64,000 bases of DNA from Mustelus asterias (lineage: Eukaryota): NCBI RefSeq assembly GCF_964213995.1, contig NC_135830.1:19344001-19408000 (forward strand), read 5' to 3'. This document shows positions 12,236-22,582 of this stretch, piece after piece. The translations under genes and the position numbers were made by a program. The notes beneath the pieces were generated by a model, which did no database searches, was not told the origin of the DNA, and saw only the letters and a program-made list of their open reading frames with translations. How positions within the stretch are numbered: position 1 is the stretch's first letter; each line of letters opens with the position of its first letter.

Positions 12236-13313
12236 CGAGTCACAGTATTCGTTGTGGATCAGGCTCCGGGCAGCGAGTTGGTTGCTTTCTCGGCAAAACA
12301 AAACTGGCAAATTTAGGAACAAATAGAATTTTAAACGTTAGAACCAACATACCTGCTTCAGATACGTCGGGCAATAAATATCAGAATAAAGCATGAAGCT
12401 GCCTAAGGAATTACTCCAGGCACGAAGAAACGGGTAGGGGAGGTGAGGCAACACGTGGACGATGACGAGAGGAATATTAAAAACGTGAATGAAAGACGGA
12501 ATCTGGCATCTGAACCAGATACAAACCATTGATTGTAGAGATCAATGAAGAAGCTAAAGACGAACTGAAACATCTTACAGCTGGTTTCTTTATGTGATCC
12601 ATATCCTGTGGTGATCCCATTGTGTGGACGGAGTTTCATTTTCCGATGCTGTTGAGTTCTTGTGAATGAGAATCCACACTACACCTCCCACTGGAGGCTG
12701 TGGACCCTCTTGGTGCCCTCTTTGCCTCCCTCTGTCTCTCGAGGCAAATCCAAAACATGAAGATTCGATAAGGTTCGATAAATAATTATAAACACAATGA
12801 AACATGGAATTAACAACTTAAAACGTGAAGAGTCCAAACAAGAGAGCACGAAATGGTGTCTAATCTAAAAGGAACAGTTATTTTTAATACCTGTCCAATC
12901 GCTTCTATCAGAACAAAGGACATCATTGCTCTCATGTCATGAATCCATAAAGAATTCCCGCAACATAGAATTCCATTGATAGTTTACTTGTTGAGTGATC
13001 AATGTGCTAAATGACGAAATTAACAAGTTTCCGAGCTTCCTAATGGTAACGATAAAAGAATTGTATAATATTAAGTCATCAAAACCTAAATACAAGAATG
13101 ATTCTGTCCATGCCGGTTACAACAAGTCACAGCGGAAACACCGCCCCTCCCCCTGTACAGAAATTTTCTGCAGCCCATCCAGGGCGTATCCGTTCGCTCT
13201 CAGTCGTCTCACCAGAGGGACAGAAAGAGGTGAGATGAGAGCATCCTGAGATAAAGCAGCAAAACGGGTACCTTCAAATATCCAAGTCCCCCTTGAGACA
13301 GCAGACAGCGACA

Positions 13314-13770
13314 ATGCAGCTATTCAGCATCTGGGTCGTATGGGGACCTTTTCTGACAGGTAATAATGGACTGGACACATTTCATATTTCTTTCCATTAC
13401 AAATGAGGTTTCAGTTTAAAATTAAAACGCATCTAGTTTTATCTTTCCTGATTTGAACGTGTTTATTTTTCTTCAGTTAGGGGTAGTAGCGTATCGCTTT
13501 CTCTGATGTGAGGACAGAAGGAGAAGCTGTAACCCTAACCTGCACCTACAATGCTGCATGGACAGTGCGCACCTTATGCTGGTACCGGCAACACGCAGCC
13601 TGAATTTATACTGTGGACGGATACTTATGGTGACGATGGCAAAGCAGACTTTGCTAAAACACGTTTCTCATGCTGAGGTGCAGTCAGCGACTAAATACAC
13701 AAACCTCAACATCTCGAGTCTGCAGCTGACTGATGCTGCCGTGTATTATTGTGCTACTCGGGTGGGGAAG
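13314..13770 (+). pseudogene. TCR alpha/delta V pseudogene (leader exon 13314-13359, V exon from about 13477)
   Basis: Leader MQLFSIWVVWGPFLT-G|GTAATA. V pieces EGEAVTLTCTY..LCWYRQ / QPEFILWTDTYGDDGKADFAKTRFS / AEVQSATKYTNLNISSLQLTDAAVYYCATRVGK are separated by frameshifts. Confidence 0.88.
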
Positions 13771-13809
13771 CACAGTGACGGAAAACACTCTCACACCCGT
13801 ACAAAAAGA
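13771..13809 (+). promoter_or_regulatory. 23-RSS
   Basis: CACAGTG + 23 nt + ACAAAAAGA. Confidence 0.9.
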
Positions 13810-15879
13810 CTTTGTGTTGTAGGTCGGAGTTGCAACTTTTTCTAGGTTGTGCAAAGTACAAACAGATGTAGCCTCAATGTGTGGTGCTCCTCCACATGCT
13901 CTCAAACACACTCTGAGAGGAAAACAAATTGCATTCCAGAAACACCATCGAACTGTTTCCACAAAGAATTGTGTAAAAATTGAGTTTAAAAAAATCATCC
14001 GAACACTAAAACTGATCTTCTTGTTTCTGATCGGCATGAATGAATAATTATTGTCTAAAAATCATGGAACAAGGTGCACATCTCCTCTGAGAGGTTATGT
14101 GCCTGGATGACTTACTCTACCGCCCATGAAACACAAGACTAGTACCATTTTTCCCTTGAGACAGTCTGGTAGAAACCTGTAAGGGACCGTACAAGAAAAT
14201 GTCAGCAATCCTCCAGGATATTGTTAAACCATACAATTGTCCTAGCGCGGGGAATATTACAGCACTCACCCTGGAACACTGATCTTCATCGCTCAATACG
14301 TCAAGCCTGATTTGGGCGACTAGTCGTCATTCGGCAAGAAATGTCAAGATATATTAAAATAGTTTTCAATTGAAAAGTTTATTTCCTATTGTTGTACAAA
14401 CCTGTGTGTATTAACCGTTGCAGCGAATTGAGACAAAAGGTCGACTTTCAATACTTAAGCACAATTTCCTTTATTCTGTGACTCCTTAAACAGTAAATAC
14501 TTGCGATGCATAAACCAAATACTCACCATCTGCTACTTAACTGAAGGTTGATTTCCACTTGCACATTAAAATCTGGCAAGGACTTTATGGTCACATGGAA
14601 TAAATCCTTTGTTCTCTTCTTCCAGAGGTTGTCTCTCCTTGTGAGCTTGGTCCCTGGGTTCTTCACACTGCCTTTTGAATAAGCTCGTTGTGTTGGCATA
14701 GTTAAACTCCAAAAGTTCCTTCGCAACCAGCCAATGAATTGATCAGAAACCCCAATTGCATCATTCGATTAGACCAATCAAGTTCAGCCAGGACAGAAGT
14801 ATTGGTCACTCCAGACTCCATCTTGTTTCGGCCTTTAAGTGCATACAGTTTACATTCCAATGCCCATAAAGGAACACTGGCTCCAAACGTTTGTAAACAA
14901 CTCCTCCCCTTTTATGTCTGACACCTTGCGTCCTTTGATATGTTCCAGGCCCAATTGGCCACAAGAAATCCCAGCACAGTGAAAAAATAACTTTAACCAA
15001 AAATCAGGTTTGCTTGATTGAAGATCTTTAAGCATATCCAAAGTTAAAGTCTGAAGACCATTCAGCCACAATCCCTCCTCTTGATCCTTGAAGCCACAGG
15101 CAAAATGGATGACTTACCCATTACCAAATCCATATGCAAGTGAAACGCCAACCCCAAGTCAATCAACTAAATTAATTTAAAATTACACAATATCAACGTT
15201 ATATCACGTACATCGCTTCATATATCACAGACGACATTTTTTCATGCACCACCCACATTTCCTCATTCAACTGTTTGGTTGTCTCTTTCTTCCATTTGAT
15301 AAATTTTATTGTTAACACAATTCTATGGAAGTCTAAACAAGACACCATGTGCCCACCATTGAGTTGTCTGATCGGAATAGTCGTGTTATTCAGGGAATAT
15401 CTATTGAAATTGCTGTGGTGCATTTCATCTGTTACACGCAACAGCAAACTTTGACGCATTCTGTGATTTGTGACCGTAATTGGTGGCTGACACTCAGTAT
15501 CTTCTGGTACGCCCGAATTAATGGTTCTGGAATAACAGTCTGTCAGTTGATATATTAATAGTGACTCCACATCCCATAGCTGCTATTATCTCTGCCGGCA
15601 CATCATTATTCTGGGCTACATTTACCAAAACATTGCGTCATGGTGATAAGATTTCTCTGAACTGCTGTTCCATTGTCCTGAACATGAGCAAAGATAGCAC
15701 TATATTTGTGTGATCACAGACCTGTCCGTTTCCGCTGGAGTAGACCCTGGATCAAAGCATTTCTGCACAACGGCATGAAATAAAACTGATCCGAGCTGTA
15801 ATTGCTCACTGAGGGTTTTGTACTGCGTTTGAACTGTTGCCTGACACTCTTCTTCACTGTACAGTCCTCCACCCTGAGG

Positions 15880-16330
15880 ATGCAACTGTTCTTTTTAGAC
15901 GTGTGACCCTGAACTCAACTCCTCAGTGTGTGTTTCATGGGTTATATTTAGTGCCAGATTTCTCACATTCTGTATGTTGTTACAGGAACCAATTGCCAAG
16001 ATTCAGTTTCCCGGGAGCGACCTGAATTAACCTGAGGTTCAGGAAGGACAGACCGGAATATTGAATTGTAGTTACACAAATAAAAAGCACTGTATTAACT
16101 CTTTTCTGGTACATCTACTATACCGGGAAAAGTCCGAGATATTTACTGAAGAAATATAACACGGGATTGGGGGAAAGACCTGGCAATTTTCCTGGCTGCT
16201 TTTCTGCTGATTTGGACAAAGACAAGAAATCAGTTCCTTTAAATATCACCAGGGTCCGTGTCTCTGACTCTGCCGTGTATGCGCTGAGCCCCAGACTGTT
16301 ACAAAGGCACAGCCAGTCCGTACGAAAACC
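15880..16330 (+). pseudogene. TCR alpha/delta V pseudogene with degenerate 23-RSS
   Basis: Acceptor TTACAG at 15985. Reads GTNCQDSVS..VQEGQTGILNCSY..TLFWYIYYTGKSPRYLL..FSADLDKDKKSVPLNITRVRVSDSAVY(YC missing)ALSP with frameshifts. RSS CAGACTG-23-ACGAAAACC at 16292-16330. The leader at 15880 is decayed and uncertain. Confidence 0.85.
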
Positions 16331-16942
16331 ATCAAAGGCACTCTTGTCTCCTCCCACAGAATCAGATCTGTGACCTGGATTGTGAATTGTTAATACAAAC
16401 AAAACAATATTACAAAGAGCAACTAACCCGGATAATCACTTTCCGTGGTGCTAAATTAGATGTAAAATCGTTTTAGCAATTGTCATGGTTTGGGAGCAGC
16501 TCTATCAATGTGAGACTCTGGTGCTGTTATCCCAACATTACATAGTAGCCTCAGAGTCAAATCTCAAAGATTAACAGCGTGAAAGGACCAACAATCGTTT
16601 TAATGCTCTATCTGTGTCACAGAGAGCGATAGTTATTCATTCGTTTAGTTTCTTCCAAGCAGTTGATATATTTGTGGATATTCAGAGAAAAAGCGGATAT
16701 GGAGGTAGTACGAGAAGGTTGATGTGGTGGATCAACCATGACCTCATAAAATTGTGGAGCAGGCCCTAAAGAAGGAGCAAATGTGTCACTGAGAGGATTT
16801 CAGGTTTATTAATTTACGTACCAAAGCACGAATATCAAGTACCTTCTTTCGAGAAGTTTAAATTGGAATTGGTCAAACTGAATTACTTTGTTCGTTGATG
16901 TTCAGGCGATGCCTAAGAAATGTTACACGTATATAAATTTGT

Positions 16943-17300
16943 GGGCGGCACGGTAGCAGTGGGCGGCACGGTAGCACAGTGGTTAGCACTGCTGCTTCAC
17001 AGCTCCAGGGACCTGGGTTCGATTCCCGGCTTGGGTCACTGTCTGTGTGGAGTTTGCACATTCTCCTTGTGTCTGCGTGGGTTTCCTCCGGGTGCTCCGG
17101 TTTCCTCCCACAGTCCAAAGATGTGCGGGTTAGGTTGATTGGCCATGCTAAAATTGCCCCTTAGTGTCCTGAGATGCAAAGGTTAGAGGGATTAGTGGGT
17201 AAAATGTGCGGGGATATGGGGGTGGGGCCTGGGTGGGATTGTGGTCGGTGCAGACTCGATGGGCCGAATGGCCTCGTTCTGTACTGTAGGGTTTCTATGA
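16943..17300 (+). mobile_element. Full-length V-SINE (HE1-like) with duplicated head
   Basis: GGGCGGCACGGTAGCA occurs twice; B box, V-domain and CR1-like tail present. Confidence 0.9.
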
Positions 17301-18170
17301 TAAATCAATGTTTAGGGATCACGGAATCGTCATTTGGTTAGACATTTGTTTCGAGATATTTGAAAAAGTACACTGGAATAGTCCTAGGGGTGATGGCATT
17401 CAATGATCAAATGTCTTATGAAACATATTGTTCTTCCTTTGTCAAATAATGAATGAAAACTGTTAATTTAGCACTAACAATTTATAAAGGTTTGATGCAA
17501 TAGATCACGCAAAACTTTTTCAACCGCCAGGACCATCGACGATCCATGTATGCCAGTTTAAGAGAAAGAAAGGCAGAGAGAGATCATACTCATTTATTAC
17601 ACTGCACTTTGTTCAAAGCTGCAAACAAACTGCCTCAAATAATGTCAGGATATTGAACGGAAACGTTCAGAAGGAAATTGTATCTATCTTCAGCAAAGCA
17701 AATCCTGCCTATGTGGAAAATGCTGAATGATGAAATGTTGAAAGATGAATTGGAGAACTCCTCCAAGGAGGCATAGAAAGGCCGATTGGCCTCATTAGGC
17801 GCTCAGAGCTTCAATGATTGTCGTTGCTTCATGTCCTTCCCGCCCTGTTTATTGTTAGACACCTGAACAGCGAGCAGGTGCAGGATGTTTAGAGGCTTCT
17901 GTAGATTCAACCGGCGCTATTTCCGCTCCATCAGTTCCGAGAGCAGCTGAGAGTCACTGCACGCCGCACTCAATATTGATTCTGCAGTATTCCTGGCCAC
18001 AACTTCCGTTTGCTGCTCTCACTCTGAACCGATTGTGTGGTTGGACAGATTGCTGCCGCTACTCCACTCCTGTCATTGGTTGGATCAGCAGTGCAGTGGG
18101 ACGGGCATCTGCATTTCCGTCTCTGACAGAGGATGTCTCTCACTGCAGAGTTACAAACTCAGGGAGGGTC

Positions 18171-18816
18171 ATGGTGAACTATCTCACTCCGAACCTCATC
18201 TTTATCTCACTTCTCAGTAAGTAGCTCCTGGGGCGAAGGGGATCAAAGGATATGGGGGAACCGGGATCAGGTTCTTGAGTGTATGATCAGCCATGATCAC
18301 AGTGAATAGCAGGGCAGGTTCCAAGGGCCGAACGGCCTACTCTTGCTCCTATCTTCCATGTGTTTATGTATTTCCTTTCCTGTAAAGCCAGATTTTATTG
18401 CTGACAAATGATAATGATCGTTTTAATGACAATTTGTTTTTGAAATATTTGGCTGATACTGATTGTTTTCATTTTTAACATTATTTCATGTCATAATGAA
18501 GTCACCTAGATACAGTGGAGCAGCCAGTTGCTGACACGACAGCTGAAGGGGAAAGTAATGTCACAATAACCTGCAACTTGAAGACAAACGATTCCAATCC
18601 TAATGTCTGCTGGTACAATCAGAGTCCCAGGCAGACTCCACACTACATGCTTCGTATTCTGGGAGGGAAGCTGTACAGACACACCGACATCAGCGACCGC
18701 TATTCAGCTACATTAAATAAAACTGCCGAGATATCCCAGCTAATGATCGGCAACACGCTGATGGCGGTATATTTATGTGTCTTAGGCACAGATATAGCTG
18801 GTCCCAGACAAAAATC
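18171..18816 (+). pseudogene. TCR V pseudogene (leader 18171-18216, V about 18500-18786, defective RSS)
   Basis: Leader MVNYLTPNLIFISLL-|GTAAGT. V reads DTVEQP..NVTITCNL..VCWYNQSPRQTPHYML..DRYSATLN..LM(xDS missing)AVYLCVL. No clear splice acceptor. RSS remnant CACAGAT-14-ACAAAAATC. A CR1 tail fragment lies in the intron (about 18228-18372). Confidence 0.82.
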
Positions 18817-18841
18817 CCACAGTATGTGTTCCAGTTAGTGC

Positions 18842-18855
18842 TCAGCAGAGGGCGC
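18842..18855 (+). promoter_or_regulatory. Candidate CTCF site just 3' of a V RSS remnant
   Basis: TCAGCAGAGGGCGC, one mismatch to the core. Confidence 0.45.
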
Positions 18856-19319
18856 CCTCACGCCGTGAGACAGAAACAATAAAGGTAAAGTCACCACAGC
18901 CGCAGAGGCTGGATGCGATTTAACCTGAGGCTCACACCGCACCTCAGGAGAGGGGTCAAGGTTGAGATGACGGCGACTTCATGCAGGTCCTCATCGGGTA
19001 CAGGAATTGAACCTGTACTGTAAGTGCCGCTTTAACGTCAAAAACCAGACATCCACCAAGTGAGCTGAACGACAATATTCTCATTACTTGCTGAACCTGT
19101 ATAAGAGCATTTATGATTCGCACACTAGGACACGCAGATCCCTCTGAATCTATGACCTCTGCAATCCCTCTCCATTTAGTTAACAAGTGTTTCTTCCTGC
19201 CAAAATGCATCACATCACATTCGCTATTTTTGACTTTTTCCTCTTTTTGCGTTGTTTCCGAATTTTCTGTGCTCTTTACGTATTCTTACTGCACTCTTTC
19301 TCTTTCTTAAAGTTAATTT

Positions 19320-19580
19320 CTTAGTCACAAGTAAGGCCTACATTAACAGTGCAATGAAGTTACTGTGAAATTCCCCTAGTCGCCAAAGTCCGGCGTCTGT
19401 TGGGCGTCAATGCACCCTAACCAGCACGTCTTTCAGAATGCGGAAGGAAACCGGAGCACCCGGAGAAATCCCACGCAGACACGGGGAGAACGTGCAAACT
19501 CAGTGACCCAAGCAGGGAATCAAACCCGCGTCCCTGGTTTTGTGAGGCAGCAGTAGTAACTACTGTGCTACGTGCCGCCC
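19320..19580 (-). mobile_element. V-SINE containing the left breakpoint of the tandem array
   Basis: Reverse V-domain GGAAACCGGAGCACCCGGAG...CACGCAGACACGGGGAGAACGTGCAAACT and head ...CGTGCCGCCC. Confidence 0.8.
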
Positions 19581-19771
19581 ACTCATTCTGACTTACATGT
19601 AATCACTTCCATTTCTTCAAATGCAGTTCCAGCTCTCTTCGTTTTAATCTTTTTAAAATTTTCTGATGCAAGATATGTTTTCCTCTTTCCCCTCACCCTG
19701 GGGATTTAATACCGCGCTTCTTAAACTGCTGATAATTCAGGCATGGCGGAGCGTGTTTTGAAAACGGTGCA

Positions 19772-19810
19772 GGTTTTTGTACGAGATCTCCCTGTGTTTG
19801 CAACACTGTG
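19772..19810 (-). promoter_or_regulatory. 23-RSS of array V1
   Basis: CACAGTG-23-ACAAAAACC, perfect consensus. Confidence 0.95.
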
Positions 19811-20143
19811 CCTCACGGCGCAAAGATAGGTGGCAGCGTCTGAAACCTGTACGCCTCTCACAGTCAGGATGCTGAGTTTGTTGCTTTCAACGATCGAAGC
19901 AGTGATCCTCCCATGTTGATCCGTTCCTCTTGTGGCCATCACCAGATGCTGGGGTGACTGATTCGGGAGCTGTTTGTACCAACGCAGGATCTCAAACGTA
20001 ATGGAGATGGTGCAGTTCATGGATACATTTCTCGCTTCACTGACAACCATCCGTGGAGGGAGCTGCAGCAACTCAGCTTCTCCGGTCACCCCCGTACAGA
20101 TCAGAGTGAAAAACAACAAAACGTCGATGCAAATCTTGAGCAT
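19811..20143 (-). CDS. Intronless TCR alpha-like V segment, copy 1 (leader and V in one exon)
   Basis: MLKICIDVLLFFTLICTGVTG-EAELLQ..MNC TISITFEILR WYKQ..DAATYLCAVR; conserved Cys/Trp/Cys; abuts a 23-RSS. Confidence 0.92.
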
Positions 20144-22210
20144 TCTCCGTTAACACGCAACACCGAGATCAGCTTAGAATCAGGAGATGAAAGTTAACTG
20201 GGAGGTAAATGCTTTCTTCGTGTCCAGTTTAGTGCCGTGTTTCTGTTGAACTAACAACAGTAGGCGGGTTCTCCTTTAACCATCTACACTGAGCGCTTAA
20301 CACTGATACCAGCTCACACAGCATTTAAGCACTCACCTGACCCGCCCAGATTAAATATTTCTCATGCCTCACACTGCTCTCTGCTGGTGCATGCTGGTAG
20401 TTGCAGGGTGCACTTCTTCACTTGGACTGTCGACAAGTTGCAATTCACAAGATAGTTGCAAATGAGAACAGTTGTTTACTCTTTCCTGTTATAGACCTTT
20501 TATTGCGGGAGAGCTTACAACTCTCGTTTATTCTACTATCCAACGATTGCAATGTATTTTCCCCTCTCATTCTTGCTGAAGTTTTATTCCACACTGTGAC
20601 CAGTCCTGGTGTGACAAGAAGAAGGCCCAGATGTTAGTCCTAAAATATCGTTCGATAATTTAGGAACTTGTGTAATGGGAACTGGTCTATCTATCGAATA
20701 TTTGTTACATAACAACAGGAATGGCAACATTGAAAATTCATAAGAATATTTTTTTAAATAACAAGTTTGATATCAGTGTTATAATTATGTTTCCGTTTCC
20801 TCATTTGTTCCTCCAAACAGATTTTCTTCAACAAAGACACTCGCTCCGATATTGAACTTAATTCAGTGTCCTGCCCTCTCCTGGGGGCAAAAAGCACTAC
20901 AATATACAACTTTAAAACAACCTGCAGCACTTTTGGAACCAAGATTGTTTCCAGCAATTGCCGATGATACACTTTCCCCAGTATGAAGTATATTTTTCAT
21001 TTTTCTTCTTTTTAAATGCGCCTGGTGGTACCGAACCTGACCTTCATTATTGCAACTCATTGATCATCCGGTGTTGCAACATTTTCTTCAGAGCGGAGTC
21101 ATGGAAATTGTGTCACTCCGCCCCTTTCCTCAGGAGTTCAGATAAATAGAAAATAGATTACTTTAAAATCTCCTTCTAATACAAGATGCGAGTTGGGGGG
21201 ATACTGCTTGAAATACAGCAGTGTTCATTCTGACAAAATACACGATTGATTGTGATGATTTAGCAGTTTGCCAAAACCGACTTCTTCGCAACCCGACATT
21301 TTGAAAAAACACCATTATGTTAGCCAACTCTGGGCTGCAGCTGAGCAAAGATGCCGTTGAATCCTGCGTCCAAACTCTCACAGCGTTGGAAACCAGTTGA
21401 ACCCTGGTACAGGTACTTCCCCAGCTTTGTAGATCAAATCCCCAGCCTCCTGCGGCCAATTATAAGGGCGAGAAGATGTGAAGGCTATCTGGACTAACCA
21501 ATCCGTTACCGTGAACAGGATGTTTTGAATAAGAATGCTGCGAAAATTGCAAGTGATCAAGATTCTAAAATCAGGGACTACATGCGGAGTCCACCCACTC
21601 TCATTCTGCGTAAATCTATTAAACAGTCAGTTCCGTCCCTCCATTTATCCGATTTTAAGGATGATGTTTGGCTATTTACCGCATTGTTATAGTCAATTCC
21701 CTCAGGACTCAGTGACCTCTTGCATCAGCTACGGGGAGCTTTCACAGTCAGAGAGCAGCTCTTTTAATTTGGGTTCCGGTCATGATCCAGGAACAACATT
21801 GCCTGATTTAAAAATAAAAGCAAATCACTGCTGATGCTGGAATCTGAAGCCGAAAGAGAAAATGCTGGAAAATCTCAACAGGTCTGGAAGCATCTGTGAG
21901 GAGAGAAAAGAGCGGACGTTTCGAGTCCAGATGACCCTTTGCCAAAGCTAAAAGGCATAGAAAGTGGGAGATATTGCTGTGAGGCAGCAGTAGTAACTGC
22001 TGTGCTACCGTGCCGCCCACTCATTCTGACTTACATGTAACCGCTTCCATTTTCTTCAAAAGCAGTTCCAGCTCTCTTCGTTTTAACCTTTTAAAAATTT
22101 TCTGATTCAAGATATGTTTTGCTCTTTCCCCTTACCCTGGGGGTTTAATACCGCGCTTCTTAAATTGTTGGTGTTTCAGGCATGGCGGAGCGTGTTTTGA
22201 AAACGGTGCA

Positions 22211-22249
22211 GGTTTTTGTACGAGATCTCCCTGTGTTTGCAACACTGTG
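22211..22249 (-). promoter_or_regulatory. 23-RSS of array V2
   Basis: CACAGTG-23-ACAAAAACC. Confidence 0.95.
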
Positions 22250-22582
22250 CCTCATGGCGCAAAGATAGGTGGCAGCGTCTGAAACCTGTACGTCTCTCAC
22301 GGTCAGGATGCTGAGTTTGTTGCTTTCAACGATCGAAGCAGTGATCCTCCCATGTTGATCGGTTCCTCTTGTGGCCATCACCAGATGCTGGGGTGACTGA
22401 TTCGGGAGCTGTTTGTACCAACGCAGGGTCTGTAACGTACTGGAGATGGTACAGTTCATGGATACATTTCCCGCTTCACTGACAACCATCCGTCGAGGGA
22501 GCTGCAGCAACTCAGCTTCTCCGGTCACCCCCGTACAGATCAGAGTGAAAAACAACAAAAAGTCGATGCAAATCTTGAGCAT
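22250..22582 (-). CDS. Intronless TRAV-like segment, copy 2
   Basis: CDR1 ISSTLQTLR; ends YLCAMR. Confidence 0.92.

Noticed and set aside
18787-18816. 12-type RSS on the 18.5 kb V
   Set aside because: The spacer is 14 nt and the heptamer degenerate; better explained as a deleted 23-RSS in a pseudogene.
20127-20135. Perfect Ig octamer ATTTGCAT in the array genes
   Set aside because: It lies inside leader codons (K-I-C-I), downstream of the ATG, and is lost in copies 5 and 10; probably coincidental.
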